A DNA stretch of 64,000 nucleotides from Bordetella parapertussis (GCA_945900965.1 CAMDKM010000008.1:33302-97301), one strand, 5' to 3'; counted from the first letter of the stretch, positions 37,225-47,575 are shown. Made by a program: numbers and translations. Notes: a model not told the origin generated them from the letters alone.

Positions 37225-37673
37225 GACCGTTCCTCCGTGCCAAGTTGTTCTGGTTACCGGGAATGCAGATCAAAAGCAAAGTCATTAAGGTTGGGTCAAA
37301 GGGTCAAAGCATATCGAATGCCAGCGCGGCAACAGGGACGGCCGCGGCCTGAGGTCTGGCCATACCGGGCTACCTTGCGCGAATAACATTGGGTTGCATC
37401 AAGTAGCGCGATATTGGCTCGCGGAAATCTTTTCCTTGCAATTCAAAGCCGGGCAGCGGCAAGAATGTTTGGCGCCCCGTGGAGCGGTCGTTGGTGGCGG
37501 GCTCCGCGCCCGCGGCAAGACTTGGCAAGGTGTCAATTCGACGCGAGAGTTCGAAGATCGACTTGACGCCTATCGGCGACTCGACCTCGTCTTTGTTGAC
37601 ATTTCCTGGCAGCGGATCGTGGCTTCACAAATGGGATTGAGTGCCGGATAACGGCTTTCGCAGGCGTGACTAA

Positions 37674-37687
37674 TTGATAAAGATCAA
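37674..37687. promoter_or_regulatory. FNR-type box TTGATAAAGATCAA (perfect)
   Basis: Lies 61-74 nt upstream of the TTG 37748 start of the heme-PAS GGDEF-EAL gene. Confidence 0.65.
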
Positions 37688-37747
37688 GCGAGAGGAGTGT
37701 CCGATGCGATTCAATGCAACGGGATCAGGGAAGTAGGGGGGTGATTC

Positions 37748-40045
37748 TTGCTTCGTTTCCTGAATCAGCGGAGAGCACCCACCATGAAGCTGCAAAAAAA
37801 AATGCACGCACATTCTCCGGACAACGGCGATAATCAGGCAACCTTGATCAGAGACTCGCGTTTCGATGCGATAGCGCGGGCCATCCCTGATGGGCTAATC
37901 GTCATCAGCGAACGCGGACTGATCCAGAGTTTCAGCCCCGGCGCGGAACGTTTATTCGGCTACACGCCAGATGAGGCGATCGGGCGAAACATATCGTTTC
38001 TCATGCCTTCTCCCGATCGCGAGTCGCATGACACTTATATCGCGCGTTATCTCGCCACCGGCGTCAGACACATCCTCGGTGTCGGGCGCGAGGTGAGAGC
38101 CCGCCACAAGGACGGCCGTCTGATGCCGGTATACTTATCGGTGGGCGAAGCGGAGTACTCCAAGAGCCGGGTATTCGTTGGCATTGTCCACGATCTGACC
38201 GAATTCAATAACAAGGAAGAGCAGGCGCAGCGCGCGGAAGGATCGCGTCTGCTCAATGAATCACTTATGCAGGAAGTGGCGAAGCGCGAGCAAGCAGAGC
38301 AAGCCTTGTTCCATGAAAAGCAGCGCTACCAGGTGACGCTGGCTTCCATCAGCGAAGGCGTCATTTCCACCGACATGCGCGGACGGATTGTCTTTTTTAA
38401 TCCCATTGCCGAGCAACTGACCGGATGGACGAGCAAAGAAGCCCTGGGCCAGAGATTGGCCCATGTCCTGCGACTGATCGACGAAACGACGCGCAGACCC
38501 TTGAAAGGCCTGCTGAGGGTTCTTCGCACCGGAGTCCGGTCCAGGCTGCCGGAGAATACGCTCATCATTCGTCGCGACGGTGCGGAGCTGGCCGTGGAGG
38601 ACGCCATATCGCCCATAAAAAGCGCCAACGGGTCAATTATAGGGAGCGTAATGACCTTGCGGGACATCACCGAAAAGCGTGGCCTGGCACGCCAACTTGC
38701 CCATCAGGCCACGCACGATCCGCTGACCGGGTTGGTGAATCGCGCGGAGTTCGAGCGGCGGCTGAAACGCCTGACCGAGTCTCGTACCGAGCAAGAGAGT
38801 CATGCGTTGCTCTATCTCGACCTCGATCAGTTCAAGATTGTGAACGACACCTGCGGACACGCCGCGGGAGACGAATTGCTCCGGCAGATCGCCGCTCTTC
38901 TGCAAACTCATTTGAGAAAACGGGACACCCTTGCCCGGCTGGGTGGCGATGAATTCGGAGCGTTGCTCGAACATTGCGCGATCGACCGGGCCGCAAGCAT
39001 TGCCGAGCAATTGCGGCGCGCGGTGCATGGGTTTCGTTTTCTGTGGGAGAAACGGCAGTTCAGTGTCGGAGTCAGCATCGGTCTGGTGCCGATTTCCGAG
39101 GCCAGCGGCAGTTTTCAGGAGATCATGATCGCGGCCGATAGCGCCTGTTATGTGGCGAAAGAGCAGGGCAGGAACAAGGTTCACGTGAATCAGTCCGGAG
39201 ACACGGATCTTGCGCGCAGGGACGGCCAGATGCAATGGATTCCGCGCATCCAGCATGCCTTGGCCGAAAGCCGCTTCTATCTGGATTTTCAGCCCATCGT
39301 TTCCTTGGGTCAGCCTGCTGCGGGGGTGGAACATTGCGAAGTGTTGCTGCGCATGGTGGATATCCACGGCAATGTTGTCGCCCCGAACAATTTTATTCCC
39401 GCGGCGGAGCGCTACGATCAGATGGTGGCCGTGGACGAATGGGTCGTCGAGCATGCGCTCGATGCCATACAAGGATGGTCGCCGGGATTCTGTCCCGAGA
39501 CCGTTTCAATCAATATCTCGGCCCAGGCCCTGTGCGACAAGCGGTTTCTGGCGTTTGTGGTCGACAAGCTGAGCAGGCAAGACGTGGCATCGAAATTGTG
39601 TTTCGAGATCACGGAGACCGCCGCCATCAGCAACCTGCGGGAGGCGAAGCATTTCATTTCGGAGCTACGCGGCATGGGCTGCCGATTCGCGCTGGACGAT
39701 TTCGGCAGCGGACTGTCGTCGTTCCCTTATCTCAAGAATCTGTGCGTGGACTATCTGAAAATCGATGGCAGCTTCGTCAGCCGGATGATGGATGACCCGG
39801 TGGATAACGCCATGGTCAAGGCGATTCACGACATCGCGCATGTGATGCAAATCAAGACCATTGCCGAGTCCGTCGAAGACGAGCGCACCGCGATCCGCTT
39901 GACCGAATTGGGCACGGATTTCGCACAGGGCTGGTTTTTCGGGCGTCCGAGCGCGATGGATGTCATGCTCAGAATGGAAATACCCGTGGCAGCCAGACGC
40001 CAAGGGCCGGTCAGGAAAACAGGGCAGAGAAGCAGGTCGAAATAG
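37748..40045 (+). CDS. FixL-type heme-PAS / PAS / GGDEF / EAL protein (putative O2-sensing c-di-GMP enzyme)
   Basis: LMPSPDRESHDTYIARYLATGVRHILGVGREVRARHKDGRLMPVYLSVGE closely parallels the remembered BjFixL heme pocket LMPEPDRSRHDSYISRYRTTSDPHIIGIGRIVTGKRRDGTTFPMHLSIGE. Also has GGDEF and EAL motifs. The start is either TTG 37748 or ATG 37784. Confidence 0.85.
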   Translation: MLRFLNQRRAPTMKLQKKMHAHSPDNGDNQATLIRDSRFDAIARAIPDGLIVISERGLIQSFSPGAERLFGYTPDEAIGRNISFLMPSPDRESHDTYIARYLATGVRHILGVGREVRARHKDGRLMPVYLSVGEAEYSKSRVFVGIVHDLTEFNNKEEQAQRAEGSRLLNESLMQEVAKREQAEQALFHEKQRYQVTLASISEGVISTDMRGRIVFFNPIAEQLTGWTSKEALGQRLAHVLRLIDETTRRPLKGLLRVLRTGVRSRLPENTLIIRRDGAELAVEDAISPIKSANGSIIGSVMTLRDITEKRGLARQLAHQATHDPLTGLVNRAEFERRLKRLTESRTEQESHALLYLDLDQFKIVNDTCGHAAGDELLRQIAALLQTHLRKRDTLARLGGDEFGALLEHCAIDRAASIAEQLRRAVHGFRFLWEKRQFSVGVSIGLVPISEASGSFQEIMIAADSACYVAKEQGRNKVHVNQSGDTDLARRDGQMQWIPRIQHALAESRFYLDFQPIVSLGQPAAGVEHCEVLLRMVDIHGNVVAPNNFIPAAERYDQMVAVDEWVVEHALDAIQGWSPGFCPETVSINISAQALCDKRFLAFVVDKLSRQDVASKLCFEITETAAISNLREAKHFISELRGMGCRFALDDFGSGLSSFPYLKNLCVDYLKIDGSFVSRMMDDPVDNAMVKAIHDIAHVMQIKTIAESVEDERTAIRLTELGTDFAQGWFFGRPSAMDVMLRMEIPVAARRQGPVRKTGQRSRSK

Positions 40046-40075
40046 CAGTCCGGATTGATCAAGCGGAGTGCGTAC

Positions 40076-41830
40076 ATGAGGCGCAATCGGCATAAACAGG
40101 TAGCGCCCATTCTCGAATGGGTTCCGGCTTATTCCAGCACGCAGGCGCTAAGCGATTTGCTCGCAGCGCTCATCGTGACCGTCATGCTGATTCCTCAGAG
40201 CCTCGCTTACGCGATGCTCGCCGGCTTGCCGCCGCAAATGGGTCTGTATGCCTCGATCCTGCCGCTGGTCGCCTACGCGTTACTGGGCACGAGCCGCACG
40301 CTGGCGGTCGGACCGGTGGCGGTGGTGTCGCTGATGAGCGCCGCGGCCGCCGGACAAGTTGCAGCGCCGGGAACGCCGGAATATCTGAGCGCGGCCATCA
40401 CGCTCGCCCTGCTTTCCGGCATCGTGCTGATCGGCATGTCGGTTCTGCGCCTGGGCTTCGTGGCCAATCTGTTGAGCCATCCGGTGATCTCGGGCTTTAT
40501 CAGCGCTTCGGCCATTCTGATCGCGGCAAGCCAGGTGAAGCATATCCTCGGCATCCACGCCGAGGGCGACACACTGCCGCGCATTTGCCTGCAGCTCGCT
40601 CGAGACCTCACTCACACCAATGTTTCCACGCTCGCCATTGGGTTGGCCGCGATGGGGTTTCTGTTCTGGGCCCGAAGCAGTCTGAAACCACTGCTGATCG
40701 GCGCAGGCATCAAGCCCGGAGCAGCCGATCTCACGGCCAAGTGCGCACCGGCGCTGGGGATTGCGCTGTCGATCGGCGCCGTTGTTGTTCTGGGACTGGA
40801 TGCCAGGGGCGTTCGGACCGTGGGCGCCATTCCCGCCGGGCTGCCGCCCTTTTCACTGCCGGGCTTCGATGCGCCACTTTGGGGCCGCCTGCTGCCCGCG
40901 GCGGTGTTGATCAGTATTGTTGGTTTTGTCGAATCCGTTTCCGTCGCACAAACACTCGCCGCCCGACGCAGGCAGCGTATCGTGCCCAATCGGGAACTCG
41001 CCGGTCTGGGTGCGGCGAATGTGGCGGCCGCGCTTTCCGGGGGCTTCCCGGTGACGGGTGGCTTCGCCCGCTCAGTGGTCAATGATGACGCCGGTGCGCA
41101 AACCCCGGCGGCCGGCGTGTACACGGCGGTGGGCATACTTGGGGTGAGTTTGTTTCTGACGCCGGTTTTCCGGCTACTGCCGCAAGCGGCGCTGGCCGCC
41201 ACCATCATTGTCGCTGTGCTCTCGCTGATCGACCTGGCCGCGATCCGGCGAACCTTCGTTTACTCGAAGGCGGATTTCTCCGCCATGGCAGCCACCATCG
41301 GATTCGTGTTGCTGGCGAGCGTCGAGGCGGGGATCGTTGCCGGGGTCGCGCTTTCGCTGCTGTTATTCCTGTGGCGCACCAGTCAGCCGCATATCGCCAT
41401 CGTCGGCCAGGTCCCGGGAACGGAACATTTCCGCAATGTCGAGCGGCACAAGGTAATCGTCCATCCGGAAATTCTCTCCATGAGGGTGGACGAGAGTCTG
41501 TATTTCGCCAATGCGCGCTTTCTGGAAGACGCCATTCATGCGCAGGTCGCCGGGCGGCCCGAAATAAAGCATGTGGTGCTCATGTGTCCGGCAGTGAACC
41601 TGATCGATGCCAGCGCGCTGGAGAGCCTGGAGGCCATCGGTCAGCGGCTCAACGCGGCCGGCGTCGGATTTCATCTTTCCGAAGTGAAGGGGCCGGTGAT
41701 GGATGCGCTCAAGCGTTCCGATTTTTTGGCGCATTTCCAAGGCAGGGTATATCTCACGCAGTTCGAAGCGGTGAACGATCTGATTGCGACCTGTGCGGCG
41801 GGAAAGCAGGAAAGCGCGCAACTCCGGTAG
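40076..41830 (+). CDS. SulP-family anion transporter with a C-terminal STAS domain
   Basis: About 585 aa, multi-TM, with a STAS-like tail (ILSMRVDESLYFANARFLED...VVLMCPAVNLIDASALESL). Confidence 0.9.
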   Translation: MRRNRHKQVAPILEWVPAYSSTQALSDLLAALIVTVMLIPQSLAYAMLAGLPPQMGLYASILPLVAYALLGTSRTLAVGPVAVVSLMSAAAAGQVAAPGTPEYLSAAITLALLSGIVLIGMSVLRLGFVANLLSHPVISGFISASAILIAASQVKHILGIHAEGDTLPRICLQLARDLTHTNVSTLAIGLAAMGFLFWARSSLKPLLIGAGIKPGAADLTAKCAPALGIALSIGAVVVLGLDARGVRTVGAIPAGLPPFSLPGFDAPLWGRLLPAAVLISIVGFVESVSVAQTLAARRRQRIVPNRELAGLGAANVAAALSGGFPVTGGFARSVVNDDAGAQTPAAGVYTAVGILGVSLFLTPVFRLLPQAALAATIIVAVLSLIDLAAIRRTFVYSKADFSAMAATIGFVLLASVEAGIVAGVALSLLLFLWRTSQPHIAIVGQVPGTEHFRNVERHKVIVHPEILSMRVDESLYFANARFLEDAIHAQVAGRPEIKHVVLMCPAVNLIDASALESLEAIGQRLNAAGVGFHLSEVKGPVMDALKRSDFLAHFQGRVYLTQFEAVNDLIATCAAGKQESAQLR

Positions 41831-41837
41831 CGGAAAT

Positions 41838-42829
41838 TCAATGGTACTGGCCTGCCCGCGCCTTGCCCCGGAACACGCGGTAAGCAAGCGCCGTGTAACC
41901 GATCAGAAGTGGCAGTACGATCAGAGTGCCGATCAGCACGAACTTGAGCGACGACGCATGCGCGGCGGCGTCCCAGATGGTTATCCGATCCATGACCAGA
42001 TAGGGAAACAAACTGTAAGCCAGCCCCGCGAAGGCGCAGGCGAAAATGGCCACCGCGCCGGCGAAAGGCGTCCAATCGGAGGCGCGCCGCGAGTGCTCGA
42101 TACGGCGCGTGGCGTGCCAGGTCCACAACCACAGCGCCAACGTGGCCAACGGTAGAAGCATCAAGGGTAGCGTGCGCGGCAGATCGAACCACTTGGTGCG
42201 CACCGTTTCGCTGGCAAGCGGCGTGGTGAGCGACACCAGCACGATGCCGAACGCTACCCAGAGCAAACCCCAGCGCGCCCAGCCAAGGGCCTTCTTCTTG
42301 AGTGCATTTTCGCCGCGCGCGATCAGCCAGGTTGCTCCAAGCAGCACGTAGCCTCCGCATAACGCGCCGGCGGTGAGCAGCGAGAACAATAGATAGCCGA
42401 ATCCGGGCTGGAAGCCGGTAATGGTGCGCCCGAGCATGAAGCCTTGCGCGAGACTCGCGAGAAACGACCCGAACCAGAACAATCCGTTCCAGAGTTCCGC
42501 GTGCCATCCCTCGGCCTTGACGCGGAACTCGTAGGCGGCCCCGCGCAGCATGAGCCCGATCAGCATCACCGCCACCGGCAGGTAGAGCGCGCCGAGTATG
42601 ACGCCGTGTGCCTTCGGGAAGGCGACCAGCAGCAGTCCCACGCCGAGCACCAGCCAAGTCTCGTTGGCATCCCAGAACGGACCGATGGAGGCGACCATCA
42701 CGTCTTGCTCGGCGGCAGTTGCCGCCGGCATGAGCATGCCCACGCCCAGATCGTAGCCATCGAGCACGACGTAGGCGAGAATCGCCGCGCCGATCAGGAT
42801 GGCGAATATCAGCGGCAGGTCGATATTCA
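41838..42829 (-). CDS. cydB: Cytochrome bd-type quinol oxidase subunit II, with no cydA partner
   Basis: (L/M)NIDLPLIFAILIGAAILAYVVLDGYDLGVGML...GPFWDANETWLV. Likely TTG start at 42829. The ORF-track start at 42938 adds a non-CydB-like leader. Confidence 0.85.
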
Positions 42830-43049
42830 AGCGCCGCTCCCGGTTGCCGGTGTGGCGGAATCGGCGGCTTCCATCAAGTAAGTCTGGGTTCAAGCATGCG
42901 AATGCATGGGGCATGATTGTAGAGTACCTGAGAGGCAATCCGAAAACTCCTCGCCATTAAGCACGAGGTAAGGAGTTATTTTTCTCCCACCCGGGAGAGC
43001 GTTCGACAGCCGGCCGCACGGCCGACCCTACAGGTAAGCCACATCCGGG

Positions 43050-43063
43050 TTGACCCAGGTCAA
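43050..43063. promoter_or_regulatory. FNR-type box TTGACCCAGGTCAA
   Basis: Lies between the divergent cydB and RND adaptor genes, 84-97 nt from ATG 43147. Confidence 0.5.
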
Positions 43064-43146
43064 GCGCCGCGCGCCGGACGCCAATAGCATGCCTGAAGTC
43101 ACTGCGTAACCTTTGTCACAGACGCCAGTGTGCTGTCGGGGGGAGC

Positions 43147-44184
43147 ATGGCAATCATGTCAAAGACAACTTCCTGGAAAACCGCGCTGTTTCGAAGCGCA
43201 TTGTTGCTGGGTGCGACGGCGCCGGCGTGGGCACAGCCGCCAAACATCGCAACAGTCGAGTATCGCGAAGTCGATACCACTTATGCGGCCGAGGCGGTGA
43301 TCGAGGCGGTCCGACAATCCACCGTGTCCGCGCAGGTGGTCGGTCGCATCGTGGAGCTCAATTACGATGTCGGCGACTACGTGAAGAAAGGCCAGGTGAT
43401 CGTGCGCATCGACCAGGCCGAAGCGCGCCAGATCGTCGCCGGAAGCGAAGCGCAAGTGGCACAGGCGCGGGCTTCCTACGAGAACGCGCGCATCGCGCTG
43501 GAACGCAATCGGCAACTCGCGGCACAGAAATTCATCAGCCAGGCGGCGCTGGACAAAGCCGAGGCGGATTTCCACGTAGCCGAAGCGCGGTTGAAGGCCG
43601 CGATGGCGGGTGCGGGCCAGGCGGCTACGACTAAAGCGTACACCGTGGTGGTCGCGCCCTATAGCGGCGTGGTCGCGGCGCGCCATGTGGAACTCGGCGA
43701 AATGGCCTCCCCGGGCAAGCCCTTGATGACCGGTTTTGATCCCGCCGACATGCGCGTGATTGCCACCGTGCCGCAATACAAAGTGGCGGAAGTCCGCGCC
43801 AGCCCGCGAGCGATGGTGGAAATTCCTTCGTTGAATAAATGGATACAAGCCAAGGCGATCACAGTGCTTCCGGCGGCGGATCCGCGCACGCACGCGACCA
43901 TGGTGCGGATTGATTTGCCGGAGACCACGCGTGAAGTCTATCCAGGCATGTTCGCGCGCGCCTATTTCACCGTAGGGCGTGCCCGCAAACTCGTGGTACC
44001 AGCCTCGGCGGTCATCAAACGCAGTGAAGTGACGGGCGTGTATGTGATCAATGACCAAGGCGCGGCGGTGTTGCGCCAGATTCGGCTCGGTGAACCGGCG
44101 GGGCAGGGATATATCGAGATTCTCGCGGGGCTCACCGCAGGCGAAAAAGTCGCGCTGGAGCCGGTGAAGGCGGGGATCAAGTAA
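43147..44184 (+). CDS. RND efflux periplasmic adaptor (membrane-fusion protein)
   Basis: Signal peptide, lipoyl-like VGDYVKKGQVIVRID, coiled coil and beta-barrel regions. Confidence 0.9.
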   Translation: MAIMSKTTSWKTALFRSALLLGATAPAWAQPPNIATVEYREVDTTYAAEAVIEAVRQSTVSAQVVGRIVELNYDVGDYVKKGQVIVRIDQAEARQIVAGSEAQVAQARASYENARIALERNRQLAAQKFISQAALDKAEADFHVAEARLKAAMAGAGQAATTKAYTVVVAPYSGVVAARHVELGEMASPGKPLMTGFDPADMRVIATVPQYKVAEVRASPRAMVEIPSLNKWIQAKAITVLPAADPRTHATMVRIDLPETTREVYPGMFARAYFTVGRARKLVVPASAVIKRSEVTGVYVINDQGAAVLRQIRLGEPAGQGYIEILAGLTAGEKVALEPVKAGIK

Positions 44185-44295
44185 GGGGCGAGGAACGAGG
44201 GGCGCGGGACAAAGCAATTCACTTTTCACTCATTCACGCCTTCACCCTTCACCCCAAGCCCTCGCCCCTCGTCCCCCGTCCCTCGCCCCTGCCCT
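44184..44295. repeat. Composite array (GGGGCGAGG units / TTCAC units / CCTCGCCCC units)
   Basis: Sequence is aaggggcgaggaacgaggggcgcggg...ttcacttttcactcattcacgccttcacccttcacc...ccctcgcccctcgtcccccgtccctcgcccc. Confidence 0.9.
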
Positions 44296-44296
44296 T

Positions 44297-47200
44297 ATGG
44301 GTTTCTCCGGCAACATCGCCAAGTTCTTCCTCACCTCCCAGCTCACGCCGCTGGTGGCGCTGGTGGCGTTGCTGCTCGGGCTGTTCGCGGTGGCGGTGAC
44401 GCCGCGCGAGGAAGAGCCGCAGATCAACGTCACCATGGCGAACGTATTTATTCCTTTCCCGGGCGCGTCTGCGCGCGATGTGGAGAGTCTGGTGGCCACC
44501 CCCGCGGAACAGGTTCTCTCGCGCATCTCCGGCATCGATCACGTGTATTCGGTTTCCAGGCCAGGCATGGCGGTGCTGACCGCTCAGTTCAAGGTGGGCA
44601 TCGCGCACGAAACCGCGGTGGTGCGACTGATGGACACCATTCAGTCGAGGAGGGACTGGGTGTCGCCGACGTTGGGCGTGGGCGATCCGATTATCAAACC
44701 CATGGGCATCGACGACGTGCCGATGGTCACGCTCACGCTGTGGACCGCGGACCCGCAGCGTGGCGCCTTCGATCTCGAACGCGTCGCGCACGCGGCGGAA
44801 ATCGAACTCAAGCGCGTGGCAGGCACCCGCGACGTCTACACGATTGGCGGTCCGCGCCATGTGGTGCGTGTGCTCATGGACCCGGAACTGATGGCCTCCT
44901 ATGGCATCGCCGCGCAAGATGTGGCCGGCGCCTTGCAACTCGCCAATGCCTCGCAACCTGCCGGCACGCTCACCCGCGACAATCGCGAAATTCTGGTGCA
45001 GACCGGCACTTTTCTTTCCAGCGCAACGGACGTGCGTGCGCTGGTGGTGGGTGTGCACGACAATCGGCCGATCTTCGTGAGCGACATCGCGCGCGTGGAC
45101 GACGGCCCGGATCTGCCGGCGCGTTATGTGTGGACCGGCGCCGGACCGCAGGCGGAGAAAAAGGGCGTGGCCCAACCCGGCGAACATCCGGCCGTGACCA
45201 TCGCGATCACCAAGAAGCCGGGCGAAAACGCGGTGGAGGTGGCCGATCGCATTACGCAACAAGTGGCGCTGTTGCGTGGTACGGTAATTCCCGAAGGCGT
45301 GGAGGTCACGGTCACGCGCAACTATGGCGAGACTGCCAACGACAAGGCCATGAAGCTGATCCAGAAGCTGATGTTCGCCACGGCTTCGGTGGTGGCGTTG
45401 GTGTTCGCCGCATTGGGCCGGCGCGAAGCCGTGATCGTCGGGGTGGCCGTGATCCTGACGCTGGCGGCAACGCTGTTTGCCTCCTGGGCCTGGGGCTTTA
45501 CGTTGAATCGGGTGTCGCTGTTCGCGCTGATTTTTTCCATCGGCATTCTGGTTGATGACGCGATCGTGGTCGTGGAGAACATTCACCGGCACCGGCTATT
45601 GTCGGAAAAGCCGCTGGCCGAGATCATTCCCGGCGCGGTGGACGAAGTCGGCGGGCCGACCATTCTGGCGACCTTCACTGTCATCGCGGCGCTGCTGCCC
45701 ATGGCATTCGTCAGCGGGTTGATGGGACCGTACATGAGTCCGATCCCGATTAATGCGTCGATCGGCATGCTGATCTCGCTCGCGATCGCCTTTGTCGTGA
45801 CGCCCTGGCTGACGCTGCGTCTGCTCGGCGGGCATGCCCAGCATGCCGGGCCTTCGCGCCTGGATGTGAAACTTGCCGCCGGATTCGGCTGGCTGCTGCA
45901 ACCGTTTCTGCGCGGGCGCGAAGGCGGGCGTGCCCGGCTGGCGCTGTATGCGGGCGTGGTGTTGGCGATTCTGTTGGCGGTGTCGCTGGCGGCGTTCAAG
46001 CTGGTGGTCATGAAGATGCTGCCCTTCGACAACAAATCGGAATTCCAGGTGGTGCTGGACATGCCGGTGGGCACACCGCTGGAAAAGACGGCCGGGGTGC
46101 TGCGAGAAATGTCCGCGCATCTGTCCACGGTGCCGGAAGTCACCGACTATCAAGCCTATGCCGGAGCCGCCAGCCCGATCAATTTTAATGGTCTGGTGCG
46201 CCAGTATTACCTGCGCGAGTCCGCGGAGCAGGGGGATATCCAGGTCAATCTCATCGACAAGCATCAACGCAACCGCCAGAGCCACGAGATCGCGCAGTCG
46301 GTGCGCCCGGCGCTGGAAGCCATCGCGCGGCTGCGCGGCGCGGAAGTCAAGGTGGTGGAAGTGCCGCCGGGGCCGCCGGTACTGTCGCCCATCGTGGCCG
46401 AGGTCTACGGGCCGGATTACGTGGGACAGATGAGCGTGGCGAAAAAAATCCGCGCCCGCTTCGAGGCCACCGCGGACATCGTGGCCATCGACGACAGCGT
46501 GGATGACAACGCACCGAAACTCACGGTGCGCGTGCTTCAGAACAAGGCGGCGCTCGCTGGTGTGTCGGCGCGCGATATCGTGTCCACCATGCGCATGGGG
46601 CTGGCCGGGGAATACGTAACGCCGATCCATAGCGGGGAAGCCAAGTACGAAATTCCGGTGCGCTTGACGCTGCCGCCGGAACGCCTCTCCGGCACGGACG
46701 AGCTGCTCAAGCTGACGGTGCGCTCTTCCCAAGGCCATCTCGTCCCTCTGTCCGAACTGACCCAGATCCTGTCGGCGCAGCGCGAACAAACCATTTTTCA
46801 CAAGGACCTGCTGCCGGTGGTCTACGTGTTGGGCGACATGGCCGGAAAACTCGACAGCCCGCTTTACGGCATGTTCGGCATGCGCTCGCAATTGAGCGGC
46901 ATGGCGCTGGAAGAAGGGGGCAGGCTTGCGGAACGCTTTGTCAGCCCGCCCGAGGACCGCTATCGCCACTACACCCTGAAGTGGGACGGGGAATGGAAAG
47001 TGACCTACGAGACTTTCCGCGACATGGGCATCGCATATGCGGTCGGTCTGATACTGATCTACCTGCTGGTGGTCGCGCAGTTCAAGTCCTACCTCACGCC
47101 GCTCATCATCATGGCGCCGATTCCGCTGACGGTCATCGGCGTCATGCCGGGGCATGCGCTGCTCGGCGCGCAGTTCACCGCGACATCCATGATCGGCATG

Positions 47201-47491
47201 ATCGCGCTGGCCGGCATCATCGTGCGCAATTCCATTCTGCTGGTGGATTTCATCAACCTGCAGGTAGCGCAGGGCACGGACTTGCAGCAGGCGGTCATCA
47301 ATGCCGCGTCGGCGCGCGCGAAACCCATTGTGCTGACCGGGCTGGCGGCGATGCTGGGCGCGTTCTTTATCCTGGACGATCCGATTTTCAACGGCCTCGC
47401 GGTGGCGCTGATCTTCGGTATCCTGGTGTCCACACTGCTGACGCTGGTGGTGATACCTGTTCTTTATTACGCAACACAGCGATCGTCCTGA
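44297..47491 (+). CDS. RND efflux permease (AcrB/CzcA superfamily)
   Basis: 1064 aa with twin 6-TM architecture and large periplasmic loops. Confidence 0.92.
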   Translation: MGFSGNIAKFFLTSQLTPLVALVALLLGLFAVAVTPREEEPQINVTMANVFIPFPGASARDVESLVATPAEQVLSRISGIDHVYSVSRPGMAVLTAQFKVGIAHETAVVRLMDTIQSRRDWVSPTLGVGDPIIKPMGIDDVPMVTLTLWTADPQRGAFDLERVAHAAEIELKRVAGTRDVYTIGGPRHVVRVLMDPELMASYGIAAQDVAGALQLANASQPAGTLTRDNREILVQTGTFLSSATDVRALVVGVHDNRPIFVSDIARVDDGPDLPARYVWTGAGPQAEKKGVAQPGEHPAVTIAITKKPGENAVEVADRITQQVALLRGTVIPEGVEVTVTRNYGETANDKAMKLIQKLMFATASVVALVFAALGRREAVIVGVAVILTLAATLFASWAWGFTLNRVSLFALIFSIGILVDDAIVVVENIHRHRLLSEKPLAEIIPGAVDEVGGPTILATFTVIAALLPMAFVSGLMGPYMSPIPINASIGMLISLAIAFVVTPWLTLRLLGGHAQHAGPSRLDVKLAAGFGWLLQPFLRGREGGRARLALYAGVVLAILLAVSLAAFKLVVMKMLPFDNKSEFQVVLDMPVGTPLEKTAGVLREMSAHLSTVPEVTDYQAYAGAASPINFNGLVRQYYLRESAEQGDIQVNLIDKHQRNRQSHEIAQSVRPALEAIARLRGAEVKVVEVPPGPPVLSPIVAEVYGPDYVGQMSVAKKIRARFEATADIVAIDDSVDDNAPKLTVRVLQNKAALAGVSARDIVSTMRMGLAGEYVTPIHSGEAKYEIPVRLTLPPERLSGTDELLKLTVRSSQGHLVPLSELTQILSAQREQTIFHKDLLPVVYVLGDMAGKLDSPLYGMFGMRSQLSGMALEEGGRLAERFVSPPEDRYRHYTLKWDGEWKVTYETFRDMGIAYAVGLILIYLLVVAQFKSYLTPLIIMAPIPLTVIGVMPGHALLGAQFTATSMIGMIALAGIIVRNSILLVDFINLQVAQGTDLQQAVINAASARAKPIVLTGLAAMLGAFFILDDPIFNGLAVALIFGILVSTLLTLVVIPVLYYATQRSS

Positions 47492-47575
47492 CATTGGTGA
47501 TGAAAGTCACATGCCAATTTGACAGCTAGGCGGATACTGAGCTTCGAATGCAGATAAATTACAGGAGACTAGAGC

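Noticed and set aside
37394-37651. 85-aa ORF in the 520-nt gap upstream of the heme-PAS gene
   Set aside because: It has no RBS, no motifs and an odd composition. The gap may hold regulatory or degraded sequence, but I cannot support a gene.
41671-42657. 328-aa minus-strand ORF overlapping cydB in another frame
   Set aside because: The cydB frame carries the conserved CydB N-terminus. This frame is R/A/H-rich.
44249-47494. 447-aa and 632-aa minus-strand ORFs opposite the RND permease
   Set aside because: They are antisense to a 1064-aa AcrB-type protein. The translation is R/H/G/Q-rich low-complexity, which is a typical GC3 artefact.
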